A stretch of DNA of 64,000 bases from Pilosibacter sp. (GCA_045637605.1 JAZTZT010000153.1:5978-69977); one strand, 5' to 3'; positions 27,319 to 37,243 are shown, counted from the stretch's first letter. Notes: generated from the sequence alone by a model not told the origin. Numbers and translations are program-made.

Positions 27319-29313
27319 ATGAAACGTATTGGTATCAAAGATTTTATGAACTACAAGTATCCAACAGGTATTACCGTTGCTCCGGATGGCAAGCATGGGG
27401 CTTTTGCAGTTGTGACTGTAAACGAAGCGGAAAACAAATATGATTCTTGCCTGTGGCTGATGGATATGGAGTCTGCATCCTACAGAATGCTGACAAGTGG
27501 AAAGAATGAACGTAAGTTTATTTGGCTGAACTCCGAAGAGATTTTATTTGTAGCAAACCGAGATAAGGCGTATACAGAGAAGATTAAAAACGGCGAAGAG
27601 TGGACTTGCTTTTATAAGATGAAGATTCATGGCGGTGAGGCAGAATTTGCATTTGCAGTTCCATATTTTGTAACGTCTATGAAGCTTGCAGGTGATAAGC
27701 TGGTCCTTGCGATCGCATATGACTACAGTCGCCCGGATTTTGCCTCCATGGATGCGACGACCAGAGCAGAAGCTGTGAAAGCCTGGAAAGAAGAGATGGA
27801 CTACGAAGTCTTTGATGAGCATCCGTTCTGGGCAAATGGCATGGGTGTAGTGAATAAAAAGAGAATGCGTTTGGCTGTCTATGATAGGAAGAACCAGAAG
27901 ACAGAGATCATCAGTCCTGATTATGAAAACGTGGAAAAATTCTGGGTGGAGGATGATGCTATTCTCTACACAGGAAATCTCTATACAGAGAAGAGAGATC
28001 AGTATCAGGGATTGTACCGCATCAACCTGATGGATAACAGCCGTGAGACCTTGGTTCCGCAAGGCAATATGCGAATTGACTATGCGTGCGTGATGGACGA
28101 TAAGGTTCTGTTTCTTGGTTCTGATATGGAGTCATATGGAATTAATGAAAACCCGGAACTTTATGCGATCGAAGACAACGAGATCAACTTTGTTGCAGAG
28201 TTTGATACAAGTGTGAAAAACTCGATTGGCTGCGACTGTAAGTTTGTGGATGGTCCGGGAATCGTACACGATGAAGACTATATTTATGCGATCGTGACAC
28301 TGAGAAAACAGAGTGTGATCGCAAAGATCGATAAGCACGGAGTTATGACTTTGATCAATGATCGCCAGGGTAGTGTGCATGCGATTGATGTAAATGACGG
28401 TAATCTGTATTTTGCAGGCGCCCGTGATCTGGGAATAACAGAAATTTATGCTCTTGAAAAAGGAGCAGATGCGAGCGGCGAGAAGAAACTGACCTCCTTT
28501 AATGATGAGATTCTGGCCGGCTCCAGTGTTTGCGAGATTGAAGAGTTTACTTTCTATTATAAAGATGTAGAATTAGACGGTTATGTGATGAAACCGGCTG
28601 ATTTTGATCCGAATAATACATACCCGGGCATTCTGACTGTTCATGGTGGTCCGAGAACTACCTTTGGTCCGACATTCTTCCATGAGAGCCAGATGTTTGC
28701 CAATATGGGATATTTCGTATTCTTTACTAACCCGGTAGGAAGTGATGGACGTGGAAATGTATTCGCAGATCTGATCGGCCGTTACGGTACGGTAGACTAT
28801 GACAATCTAATGGCATTTACAGATGAGGTATTGAAGAGATATCCGCAGCTGGATGAAAAGCGCCTTGGTATGATGGGCGGAAGCTATGGTGGATTTATGG
28901 CGAACTGGATCATTGGTCAGACCGATCGTTTTGCAGCAGTGGTTTCTCAGAGAAGTATCTCAAACTGGATCACACTGAGCATGACTACCGATATTGGTTT
29001 TACATTCGATATCGAGCAGGTGGCAGGCGACCCGTGGAGCAATCTGGAGAATATGTGGATGCAGTCTCCGTTAAAATGGGCACACAGAGCGAAGACACCG
29101 ACGTTATTCATTCAGTCTGACCAGGACTATCGTTGCTATATGGCTGATGCACTTCAGATGTTCACTGCTCTGAAATATCATGGTGTGGAAGCGAGAATGT
29201 GTCTGTTCCATGGAGAAAACCATGAACTTTCCCGCGCAGGAAAACCGAAGCATCGTGTCCGTCGTCTGACAGAGATGGTGAATTGGTTTGAGAAATATCT
29301 GAAGGCGGAATAA
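27319..29313 (+). CDS. S9-family serine peptidase (prolyl oligopeptidase/acylaminoacyl-peptidase type)
   Basis: An N-terminal beta-propeller-like region followed by a C-terminal GGSYGG nucleophile elbow, with D and H (FHGENH) further downstream. Confidence 0.85.
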   Translation: MKRIGIKDFMNYKYPTGITVAPDGKHGAFAVVTVNEAENKYDSCLWLMDMESASYRMLTSGKNERKFIWLNSEEILFVANRDKAYTEKIKNGEEWTCFYKMKIHGGEAEFAFAVPYFVTSMKLAGDKLVLAIAYDYSRPDFASMDATTRAEAVKAWKEEMDYEVFDEHPFWANGMGVVNKKRMRLAVYDRKNQKTEIISPDYENVEKFWVEDDAILYTGNLYTEKRDQYQGLYRINLMDNSRETLVPQGNMRIDYACVMDDKVLFLGSDMESYGINENPELYAIEDNEINFVAEFDTSVKNSIGCDCKFVDGPGIVHDEDYIYAIVTLRKQSVIAKIDKHGVMTLINDRQGSVHAIDVNDGNLYFAGARDLGITEIYALEKGADASGEKKLTSFNDEILAGSSVCEIEEFTFYYKDVELDGYVMKPADFDPNNTYPGILTVHGGPRTTFGPTFFHESQMFANMGYFVFFTNPVGSDGRGNVFADLIGRYGTVDYDNLMAFTDEVLKRYPQLDEKRLGMMGGSYGGFMANWIIGQTDRFAAVVSQRSISNWITLSMTTDIGFTFDIEQVAGDPWSNLENMWMQSPLKWAHRAKTPTLFIQSDQDYRCYMADALQMFTALKYHGVEARMCLFHGENHELSRAGKPKHRVRRLTEMVNWFEKYLKAE

Positions 29314-29337
29314 ACACCCCTGAATTGAAATCAATGG

Positions 29338-29366
29338 TTGCAAATATCCACAAAAAGAAGTATACT
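29338..29366 (+). promoter_or_regulatory. Sigma-A-type promoter of the NUDIX gene
   Basis: TTGCAA, 17-nt spacer, TATACT. Confidence 0.6.
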
Positions 29367-29431
29367 ATCATCAGTTAGACAAACACACCTAGGGAGGCAG
29401 TGCGCCATCCTAATGTTTAGGAGGGATCGCG

Positions 29432-29884
29432 ATGATAGAAGCAACAAGCTGTGGCGGTGTGGTTATATTCAGAGGTAAGATTCTGGTACTTTACAAGAAT
29501 TACAAAAACAAGTACGAAGGATGGGTTTTGCCGAAAGGAACTGTGGAACCGGGCGAAGAGTATAAAGAGACAGCCCTTAGGGAAGTGAAAGAAGAGACTG
29601 GTGTATCAGCACAGATCATCAAGTACATCGGAAAGAGTCAGTATTCTTTCAATACCCCACAGGATACCGTGGAGAAAGATGTCCACTGGTATCTGATGAT
29701 GGCAGACAGTTATTACAGTAAACCACAACGAGAGGAATATTTCGTTGATTCCGGCTACTATAAGTTTTATGAGGCCTATCATCTCTTAAAGTTCTCCAAC
29801 GAAAAACAGATTTTGGAGAAGGCCTACAATGAGTATCTGGATTTAAAACGGAGTAACCTCTGGGGCAACAGAAAATATTTCTAG
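29432..29884 (+). CDS. NUDIX hydrolase
   Basis: Nudix box GWVLPKGTVEPGEEYKETALREVKEETG. Confidence 0.85.
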   Translation: MIEATSCGGVVIFRGKILVLYKNYKNKYEGWVLPKGTVEPGEEYKETALREVKEETGVSAQIIKYIGKSQYSFNTPQDTVEKDVHWYLMMADSYYSKPQREEYFVDSGYYKFYEAYHLLKFSNEKQILEKAYNEYLDLKRSNLWGNRKYF

Positions 29885-29891
29885 CATGATT

Positions 29892-29920
29892 AAAAACCCC
29901 TGCGTATGTCAGGGGTTTTT
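29892..29920 (+). terminator. Rho-independent terminator after the NUDIX gene
   Basis: aaaaacccctg-cgtatgt-caggggttttt. Confidence 0.85.
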
Positions 29921-29938
29921 AGCGTACAGGAGGATAAT

Positions 29939-30760
29939 ATGAGAATTATTGATGCACACTTTCATTTTTGCCCAGGATATGGACATTTCGACGAGCTCGC
30001 TGTAAGGGCAGAGCATGTAAATACAGCTGAGCACTTAAACGAAGCATACAAAGAACTTGGTATTGTCGGCGGCGTTGTTATGGGAAATCGCGGAATGGAG
30101 CCGGAAAAGCACAATTATCCGGAGTTTATGCGCTACTGTATCGGAATCGACAGAAGTTATATGGCAGAGCACAAACTATCAGATGCATATGATCTTGTTG
30201 AAGCAAATCTGAAACGTGAGGCGTGTGTCGGAATCAAACTATATCCGGGATACAATAAACTCTATATCACAGATGATGCGTATGAACCGATCTATGATCT
30301 TGCAAAAGCTTACAAGAAACCGGTCGCTGTACATATGGGACAGACTGCCGGTTCTAATGCATATTTAAAATACAGTCATCCGTTGACTATGGACGAAGCA
30401 GCTGTGCGTCACAAAGAGGTCCAGTTTGTTATGTGTCATTTTGGTAATCCATGGCTGATGGATGCGGCTGCTGTTGTGGATAAGAATGAGAACGTTGCAA
30501 CGGATCTTTCCGGACTGTTAGTGGGCAAGGTAGATCTGCCTGCATTGATGAAAAAACAGAAATTGTATCTGGATACAGTGAAAACATGGATTTCCTATTG
30601 TGATAACTATGATAAGTTCATGTTTGGTACAGATTGGCCGCTTGCCAATTACAAAGATTATATTGAACTGACGAAGTGGCTGATCCCGGAAGAGAACTGG
30701 GATGATGTATTTTATAAAACTGCAGAACGTGTTTATAATTTAAAGGGCATCTGGAAATAG
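29939..30760 (+). CDS. Amidohydrolase-family (TIM-barrel metal-dependent hydrolase) protein
   Basis: IDAHFHF metal motif near the N-terminus, plus VHMG and CHFG histidines. The ATG at 29939 follows CAGGAGGA; the track start at 29906 lies inside the terminator. Confidence 0.75.
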   Translation: MRIIDAHFHFCPGYGHFDELAVRAEHVNTAEHLNEAYKELGIVGGVVMGNRGMEPEKHNYPEFMRYCIGIDRSYMAEHKLSDAYDLVEANLKREACVGIKLYPGYNKLYITDDAYEPIYDLAKAYKKPVAVHMGQTAGSNAYLKYSHPLTMDEAAVRHKEVQFVMCHFGNPWLMDAAAVVDKNENVATDLSGLLVGKVDLPALMKKQKLYLDTVKTWISYCDNYDKFMFGTDWPLANYKDYIELTKWLIPEENWDDVFYKTAERVYNLKGIWK

Positions 30761-30844
30761 ATGCTCTTTTTTTGTCTGAAAAGTAGTAATAATATAATAA
30801 ATACTTTAATGCATAAAAGTTTAAAAGTTTAAAGTTTTTTGGTA

Positions 30845-30873
30845 TTGACGTGATTGTGAAATGGTGGTACAAT
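30845..30873 (+). promoter_or_regulatory. Sigma-A-type promoter of the ABC importer operon
   Basis: TTGACG, 17-nt spacer, TACAAT, with a TGG extended -10. It is preceded by phased AAAGTTT A/T tracts (30815-30840). Confidence 0.7.
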
Positions 30874-30947
30874 CGGTCTTGTTCAAGGAACAATGAATGT
30901 GTAAAAGCACATCCAATTAATAAATACATTGACAGGAGATTTATACT

Positions 30948-31979
30948 ATGAAGAAATCAACAAAACTCGTATCTCTGATTCTTGCAGGAGCCATGGCACT
31001 TTCTATGACTGGATGTTCCTCCAAACCGGCAGAAACTACAGCCGCTGCAACAACTGTGGCAGAGACAACAGCCAAAACAGCAGACGCAGCAGATAGCGAA
31101 ACATATAAGATCGGCGTTCTTCAGCTTGTACAGCACGTAGCTTTAGATCAGTCCAATGAAGGATTCTTTGCAGCACTTGACGATGCAGGTATCAAATATG
31201 AAGCAGATCAGCAGAATGCATCTGGTGAACAGGTAAACTGTATGACAATTGCTGAGAAGTTAGTGAATGACGGTAATGATCTGATCCTTGCGATTGCAAC
31301 ACCGGCGGCACAGGCAGTGGCAGGTGTGACAGAAGATATTCCGATTCTCTTAACAGCAGTTACAGATCCGGCAGCTTCCGGTCTTGTTAACGACAATGCA
31401 AATCCGGGTGTAAACGTATCCGGTACTTCCGACTTAACACCGGTAAAAGAGCAGATTGATCTTTTACATCAGATCCTCCCGGAAGCAAAAACAGTAGGTC
31501 TCCTGTACTGTTCTGCAGAAAGCAACTCTGAAATTCAGATTTCTATGGCAAAAGAAGCTTGTGACGCGATCGGACTTAAATACGAAGAATATACAGTTCC
31601 GGGATCCAACGAGATTCAGACAGTGGTTGAATCCATGGTTGGAAAAGTAGATGTTATTTATACTCCGACAGATAACGTGATCGCAGCCGGTATGGCAACA
31701 GTAGCGATGGTAGCCAGCGACAACAATATTCCGTGTATCGTTGGTGAAGCTGGTATGGTTCAGGCCGGTGGTCTTGCAACATACGGTATTGACTACTATC
31801 AGTTAGGTTACATGGCTGGTGAGCAGGCGATCGAGATTCTCGTAAATGGTGCTGACGTTGCAACCATGCCGATCGGTTATCTTCCGGCAGAGCGTTGTGA
31901 ACTGACTGTAAACAAGACAACAGCAGACGCACTTGGAATCGACATTTCCGGACTTGAAAACGCAGTAATTGTCGAATAA
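30948..31979 (+). CDS. ABC transporter substrate-binding lipoprotein (uncharacterised 'ABC.X4'/TrpX-like family)
   Basis: Lipobox LSMTGCSS followed by a T/A-rich linker. The YKIGVLQLVQH...IATPAAQA pattern fits PF04392-type binding proteins. Confidence 0.8.
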   Translation: MKKSTKLVSLILAGAMALSMTGCSSKPAETTAAATTVAETTAKTADAADSETYKIGVLQLVQHVALDQSNEGFFAALDDAGIKYEADQQNASGEQVNCMTIAEKLVNDGNDLILAIATPAAQAVAGVTEDIPILLTAVTDPAASGLVNDNANPGVNVSGTSDLTPVKEQIDLLHQILPEAKTVGLLYCSAESNSEIQISMAKEACDAIGLKYEEYTVPGSNEIQTVVESMVGKVDVIYTPTDNVIAAGMATVAMVASDNNIPCIVGEAGMVQAGGLATYGIDYYQLGYMAGEQAIEILVNGADVATMPIGYLPAERCELTVNKTTADALGIDISGLENAVIVE

Positions 31980-32022
31980 TAGATCAAGACAGCGTTACGT
32001 AAAGTCGTAAGACGATAACGAA

Positions 32023-32055
32023 AGCCAGATGGGAGTGAAAATCTCCTGTCTGGCT
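32023..32055 (+). other. Intercistronic stem-loop with no T-run
   Basis: agccagatgggag/ctcctgtctggct forms a 13-bp stem with two G-U pairs, between the binding-protein and permease genes. Confidence 0.6.
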
Positions 32056-32079
32056 ATCTGAATGTGATGGAGGATACAT

Positions 32080-33000
32080 ATGAATTTCGTAGCATTACAG
32101 GGCGCGGTTGCCCAAGGCGTACTATGGGGAATTATGGTACTTGGCGTTTATATTACATATCGATTACTAAATATCTCCGACTTGACTGTGGATGGAAGCT
32201 TTGCCCTTGGCGGTTGTGTATGTGCAACCTTGATCATCAACTTTGGTATGAATCCGATTCTGGCCCTTGTGATCGCAGCTTTGGCAGGAATGGTGGCAGG
32301 CGCAGCGACCGGTATTTTACATACGGTATTTGAAATTCCGGCAATTTTAGCAGGTATTCTGACTCAGATTTCTCTCTGGTCCGTGAATCTGCGTGTTATG
32401 GGAGGAAAGAGCAACCTCCCGTTATTAAAGACAGAAACTTTGATCTCCAATGTGGGTGACAGATTTGGGATCACTCAGGCACAATCCGCAATGATCGTAG
32501 GTATTATCGTGGCGCTCCTGATCGTTTGGGCATTATATTGGTTCTTTGGTACTGAACTTGGAAGTGCTTTACGTGCAACCGGCAATAACGAGTTCATGAT
32601 CCGTGCTCTTGGTGTAGACACAAATCGTATGAAATTGATCGCCTTAATGCTTGCCAATGGACTGGTTGCTTTGTCAGGTGCTTTGGTATGTCAGAATCAG
32701 AAATATGCTGACATCAATATGGGTCGAGGCGCCATCGTAATTGGTCTCGCAGCTATTGTTATCGGCGAAGTTTTATTCAGTAAAGTGATCAACTTTGGTC
32801 TGAAGCTTTCTTCTGTTGTAGTAGGCGCAGTGGTATACTTCCTGATTCGTGCGATTGTACTTGACTTTGGTCTTAATACAAACGATATGAATCTGTTCAC
32901 AGCACTGTTCGTGGCAGCAGCCCTCAGCATTCCGGTATTCATGGCGAAATACCATGCGAAGCATGATTATTCTGAAACCGTAGAGGAGGATGAAGTATAA
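32080..33000 (+). CDS. ABC transporter permease (same family)
   Basis: Polytopic membrane protein. The ATG follows GGAGGA, and the stop overlaps the ATPase start (TAATG). Confidence 0.8.
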   Translation: MNFVALQGAVAQGVLWGIMVLGVYITYRLLNISDLTVDGSFALGGCVCATLIINFGMNPILALVIAALAGMVAGAATGILHTVFEIPAILAGILTQISLWSVNLRVMGGKSNLPLLKTETLISNVGDRFGITQAQSAMIVGIIVALLIVWALYWFFGTELGSALRATGNNEFMIRALGVDTNRMKLIALMLANGLVALSGALVCQNQKYADINMGRGAIVIGLAAIVIGEVLFSKVINFGLKLSSVVVGAVVYFLIRAIVLDFGLNTNDMNLFTALFVAAALSIPVFMAKYHAKHDYSETVEEDEV

Positions 33001-33797
33001 TGTTAACAATTTCCCACGTTAGAAAAACGTTTAATAAAGGCACGATCAATGAGAAGAAGGCTCTTCAGGGCATTAACCTTCATCTGAAACCAGGCGATTT
33101 TGTGACCGTTATTGGTGGTAATGGAGCCGGAAAATCAACAATGCTAAATATGATAGCCGGTGTGTATCCGATCGATTCCGGTAAGATTGAGATTGACGGC
33201 ATTAATATTTCCAGAGAGCCGGAGCATAAACGCGCCCAGTATATCGGCCGTGTATTCCAGGATCCGATGCGTGGAACAGCAGCTGGCATGCAGATTCAGG
33301 AAAACCTGGCACTGGCACTCCGACGCGGACAAAAAAGAGGACTTTCCTGGCATATTAAAAATGAGGAAATGGACTTCTATAGAGAAGCATTGACCAGACT
33401 GGATCTTGGCCTACAGACTCGCATGACCAGCAAAGTAGGACTTCTTTCCGGTGGACAGAGACAGGCGCTGACTCTTCTTATGGCGACCTTGGAGAGACCG
33501 AAGCTTTTGTTACTCGATGAGCATACAGCAGCACTGGATCCGAAAACAGCCAGAAAAGTATTGGAACTGACTGATGAGATTGTCACAGAACAGAACCTGA
33601 CAACACTTATGGTAACCCACAACATGAAAGATGCGATCCAGTATGGAAACCGCCTGATCATGATGCATGAAGGTCGCGTTATTTATGATGTAGAGGGTCA
33701 AGAGAAAAAGAAGCTTCAGGTTGAAGATCTCCTTAAGAAATTTGAGGAGCACAGCGGTGAGGAATTTGCCAATGACCGTATGATGCTTGCGAAATAA
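33000..33797 (+). CDS. ABC transporter ATP-binding protein
   Basis: Walker A GGNGAGKST, signature LSGGQRQ and Walker B LLLLDEH. Confidence 0.9.
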   Translation: MLTISHVRKTFNKGTINEKKALQGINLHLKPGDFVTVIGGNGAGKSTMLNMIAGVYPIDSGKIEIDGINISREPEHKRAQYIGRVFQDPMRGTAAGMQIQENLALALRRGQKRGLSWHIKNEEMDFYREALTRLDLGLQTRMTSKVGLLSGGQRQALTLLMATLERPKLLLLDEHTAALDPKTARKVLELTDEIVTEQNLTTLMVTHNMKDAIQYGNRLIMMHEGRVIYDVEGQEKKKLQVEDLLKKFEEHSGEEFANDRMMLAK

Positions 33798-33847
33798 CAG
33801 GATAATAGAAACTCCCAGTTCGATATTCGGAAGATAGTTCCGGAATC

Positions 33848-34618
33848 CTACCGGGAGTTTTTTGACTTATATGGTTCGGTAACAGAGTTAATCTCCGCTC
33901 CGATAAATAAAATACAGATGCCCCAATACAACCACAGCATTAGGAGAATAATGGCGGTCAGACTTCCGTAAGTGGGAACGAAATTTGTAAAATTACGAAA
34001 ATAAAAAGAAAACGCCCATGAAAACAAGGACCAACCGATCGTGGTAAACAATGCGCCAGGCAGTTGTTGATAAATATTCTGTTTTCGGTAAGGCAAAACA
34101 ACATAAAATGCTAAAACAAAGAAGAACACCATAATAACTGAGCCGATGCCGAAAAAAACAAGACTGATAGCACAGAAAAAAGTGAAAAGCAGGATGTATC
34201 CACTGCAGACCAGTCTGCGAATAAAATAGTTTCTTGTTACCTCGATCCCATACGCTCGGTTTAGTCCTCGTTCGATGCTGAGCATTCCTTTTGATGAAGA
34301 CCAGATAGCTGCCAGTGCGCTGACAGAGAGCAAGGCAGCAGAGGTTGAGGTTTGAACATCGTGGATAACGGTAATTGCAAGTGCATCCAGATTATTAGGA
34401 AGGAGGTCGACGACTCCTTCTAGAAGATCTGATTCCTGCAGCATAGGGATCCAGTCAATCAAGGACAGTAAGAGCATAAAGAATGGAAAAACTGCTAAAA
34501 TAATAAAAAATGAAGCTTGTGCTGCATAAACAGACATCTCATCATTGGAATATGCCCAAACGATCTTTTTAATATAATGTATACATGGTTTCATAGCATC
34601 CTCCATTGCAGATATCAT
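33848..34618 (-). CDS. YihY/BrkB-family membrane protein
   Basis: Multi-transmembrane protein with the FF.ILAVFPF and GSLTAIILLMLWLYW patterns typical of YihY. Confidence 0.7.
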   Translation of the reverse strand: MISAMEDAMKPCIHYIKKIVWAYSNDEMSVYAAQASFFIILAVFPFFMLLLSLIDWIPMLQESDLLEGVVDLLPNNLDALAITVIHDVQTSTSAALLSVSALAAIWSSSKGMLSIERGLNRAYGIEVTRNYFIRRLVCSGYILLFTFFCAISLVFFGIGSVIMVFFFVLAFYVVLPYRKQNIYQQLPGALFTTIGWSLFSWAFSFYFRNFTNFVPTYGSLTAIILLMLWLYWGICILFIGAEINSVTEPYKSKNSR

Positions 34619-34749
34619 ATGCAGGAACCTTGCAGAAAAAACATAAATTATTTCAAAGTTTTTGTTCTAACATTTTGCAGCCCGGCATAAATATAATAAC
34701 AGGCCGGAAAACCGGGCAAGATCAATAACGAATAAAAAGGAGAAATACA

Positions 34750-35376
34750 ATGTCAGAAAAAGGAATGGAAAATAACAAAGTAACCGTGATTGGAACAATC
34801 GCATCAGAATTTACGTTTAGTCATGCAGTTTACGGAGAAGGGTTCTATCAGGTTGATCTATTAGTAAATCGTCTCAGCGAGCAGGCGGATATCATACCAC
34901 TGTTAATTTCGGAGCGATTGATCGATGTGAACAGAGATTACAGAGGATGCACGATTGAGGCGATCGGACAGTTCCGCTCTTACAATCGACATGAGGGATC
35001 AAGGAATCGTCTGGTACTCTCTGTATTTGTACGAGAAGTAAATTTTATGGAAGAATTTACGGACTACACAAAAACGAATCAAATTTTCCTGGATGGCTAC
35101 ATATGCAAAGAACCAATCTATAGAAAAACACCATTGGGTCGAGAGATAGCAGATCTCCTGGTTGCCGTCAACCGCCCTTATGGGAAATCTGATTATATCC
35201 CATGCATTTCATGGGGAAGAAATGCCAGATTTGCTTCCGGTTTCACAGTTGGTACCAGGGTCATGATCTGGGGACGCGTACAAAGCCGAGAATATACGAA
35301 AAAGCTCAGTGAGACCGAGTGTGAGAAGCGTGTCGCATATGAAGTGTCCGTGAGCAAATTAGAGTGCATCGAATAA
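34750..35376 (+). CDS. OB-fold, single-stranded-DNA-binding-like protein (tandem OB)
   Basis: The NKVTVIGTIASEFTFSHAVYGEGFY...RLSEQADIIP pattern resembles a clostridial SSB-like family. The assignment is from memory. Confidence 0.5.
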   Translation: MSEKGMENNKVTVIGTIASEFTFSHAVYGEGFYQVDLLVNRLSEQADIIPLLISERLIDVNRDYRGCTIEAIGQFRSYNRHEGSRNRLVLSVFVREVNFMEEFTDYTKTNQIFLDGYICKEPIYRKTPLGREIADLLVAVNRPYGKSDYIPCISWGRNARFASGFTVGTRVMIWGRVQSREYTKKLSETECEKRVAYEVSVSKLECIE

Positions 35377-35408
35377 CAATTTAATACTTTGATGAGATAA
35401 CATAAAGA

Positions 35409-35437
35409 TTGACAATTCAGAGGAAAAATGATACCAT
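35409..35437 (+). promoter_or_regulatory. Sigma-A-type promoter upstream of dapA
   Basis: TTGACA, 17-nt spacer, TACCAT, with a TGa extended -10. Confidence 0.6.
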
Positions 35438-35496
35438 AAAGGCTAGTAAAAAGAAGAGCAGAGGTCAAGCCGACGCTACTGATGATGACGATTTAG

Positions 35497-35529
35497 GAGC
35501 TGACATCTTGTGCATGCCAGCTCTTTTTT
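35497..35529 (+). terminator. Intrinsic terminator inside the dapA upstream region
   Basis: gagctgacat-cttgtgc-atgccagctc forms a 10-bp stem with one mismatch, followed by TTTTTT. It lies about 50 nt before the dapA ATG. Confidence 0.75.
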
Positions 35530-35577
35530 ATTGTTAAAAAGAAATATTATTAGTTATGCTACATAGGAGGAATAAAC

Positions 35578-36465
35578 ATGAGCATTTTCACAGGTGCGGG
35601 TACCGCGATCGTAACACCGTTTAAGGCTAGCGGTGAAATTGATTTTAACAAATTTGAAGAACTGATCGAAGATCAGATTGCAGGAAGTATTGACTGCATC
35701 GTTGTTGCAGGCACAACAGGCGAAGCAGCAACTATGTCCGACGAAGAGCAGCTGGCTGCAATTAAATTTACATGTGATGTAGTAAAAGGCCGTGTTCCGG
35801 TTGTTGCAGGCACAGGTTCCAACAACACAGCACATGCGATCCACCTTTCTGTTGAGGCAGAGAAATTAGGTGCAGATGGTCTTCTCTTAGTATCTCCGTA
35901 CTACAACAAAGCGACTCAGAATGGTTTAAAGGCACACTTTACAGCAATCGCAAATTCTGTAAAAATTCCATCCATTCTTTACAACGTTCCGTCCAGAACA
36001 GGTATGAACATTGCTCCGGCTACTGTTGTTGATCTTTGTAAAAATGTGGAAAACATCGTAGCAGTAAAAGAAGCAAGTGGAAACTTCTCCCAGATCGCAC
36101 AGCTTATGAATCTGGCTGATGGCTGCGTAGATGTATACTCCGGTAACGATGACCAGATCGTTCCGCTCTTAGCACTTGGCGGAAAGGGTGTTATCTCCGT
36201 ACTTTCCAATGTGGCACCGAAGGAGACACACGATATCTGTGAACTGTTCTTCAAAGGTGATATCGAAGCCAGCAGAAAGCTTCAGTTAAAAGCTCTTCCG
36301 CTGATCGATGCTCTGTTCTGTGAAGTAAATCCGATCCCGGTAAAAGCTGCATTAAACCTTATGGGTAAAAATGTAGGAATTCCGAGACTTCCACTTACAG
36401 AGATGGAACCGGCTCATCAGGAACTCTTAAGAAGAGAACTTATCAATTTCGGTCTTATGAAATAA
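35578..36465 (+). CDS. dapA: 4-hydroxy-tetrahydrodipicolinate synthase
   Basis: GTAIVTPF, VAGTTGE and YNVPSRTG motifs, plus the Schiff-base lysine context (AVKEASG). Confidence 0.95.
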   Translation: MSIFTGAGTAIVTPFKASGEIDFNKFEELIEDQIAGSIDCIVVAGTTGEAATMSDEEQLAAIKFTCDVVKGRVPVVAGTGSNNTAHAIHLSVEAEKLGADGLLLVSPYYNKATQNGLKAHFTAIANSVKIPSILYNVPSRTGMNIAPATVVDLCKNVENIVAVKEASGNFSQIAQLMNLADGCVDVYSGNDDQIVPLLALGGKGVISVLSNVAPKETHDICELFFKGDIEASRKLQLKALPLIDALFCEVNPIPVKAALNLMGKNVGIPRLPLTEMEPAHQELLRRELINFGLMK

Positions 36466-36480
36466 TTTTTTCGGAGGCAA

Positions 36481-37236
36481 ATGATGGTAAAAGCAATTAT
36501 GAACGGCTGCGGCGGCGCAATGGGACGTGTGATCACAGATATCATTGCAAATGATGAAGCCATTGAGATCGTAGCAGGCGTAGATATGAATACAGAGATT
36601 CAGGCTGGTTATCCTGTGTATAAAACACTGGAAGAGTGTCCGCAGGCAGATGTTGTGATCGACTTCTCCGTTGCCAAGGCAACAGATGGTGTGCTTGCGT
36701 ACTGTGAGGCAACAAAAACTCCATTGGTACTTTGTACAACAGGTCTCTCTGAGGCACAGCTTGCAAATGTGAAAAAACTTTCTGAGACAAGTGCGGTATT
36801 ACGTTCTGCCAACATGTCTGTTGGTATCAACCTTCTTTTAAAAGTATTAAAAGAAGTGACTCCGGTATTGGCAGATGCAGGTTTTGATATCGAGATTCTT
36901 GAGAAACACCACAATCGTAAACTGGATGCACCGAGCGGTACAGCGATCGCACTGGCAGATTCTATCAACGAGAGTCTGGACAACGCTTACCACTACAAGT
37001 ATGACAGAACTTCTGAGCGTGTGAAACGTGATAAAAAGGAAATCGGCATTCAGGCTGTTCGCGGCGGTACAATCGTTGGCGAGCACGATATTATTTTTGC
37101 GGGCCAGGACGAAGTGATCACATTCAACCACACAGCATACTCCAGAGCAATTTTTGGTAAAGGTGCGGTTCAGGCTGCAAAGTTTCTTGCAGGAAAAGGT
37201 GCAGGTATGTATGATATGTCCGATGTGATCGGCTAA
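36481..37236 (+). CDS. dapB: 4-hydroxy-tetrahydrodipicolinate reductase
   Basis: GCGGAMGR NAD(P)-binding motif and E(K)HHNRKLDAPSGTA signature. Confidence 0.95.
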   Translation: MMVKAIMNGCGGAMGRVITDIIANDEAIEIVAGVDMNTEIQAGYPVYKTLEECPQADVVIDFSVAKATDGVLAYCEATKTPLVLCTTGLSEAQLANVKKLSETSAVLRSANMSVGINLLLKVLKEVTPVLADAGFDIEILEKHHNRKLDAPSGTAIALADSINESLDNAYHYKYDRTSERVKRDKKEIGIQAVRGGTIVGEHDIIFAGQDEVITFNHTAYSRAIFGKGAVQAAKFLAGKGAGMYDMSDVIG

Positions 37237-37243
37237 GATGAAT

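Noticed and set aside
29367-29431. Structured leader or riboswitch upstream of the NUDIX gene
   Set aside because: It contains only short, weak hairpins (cctaa/ttagg) and two SD-like GGAGG runs. No recognisable riboswitch core is present.
29906-29938. N-terminal extension of the amidohydrolase ORF
   Set aside because: It begins inside the NUDIX terminator stem. The ATG at 29939 has a CAGGAGGA RBS.
30815-30840. AAAGTTT tandem repeats as a repeat element
   Set aside because: They are short, phased A/T tracts immediately upstream of a -35 box. An UP-element-like promoter context explains them better.
32064-32333. 89-aa alternative-frame ORF at the start of the ABC permease gene
   Set aside because: It is out of frame with the hydrophobic permease ORF, which has the proper GGAGGA-ATG start at 32080.
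35440-35530. Lysine riboswitch (L-box) upstream of dapA
   Set aside because: The candidate leader is only about 85 nt, against about 180 nt for an L-box. I could not find the conserved L-box core segments or a five-stem layout. It is kept as an unexplained attenuator or sRNA candidate instead.
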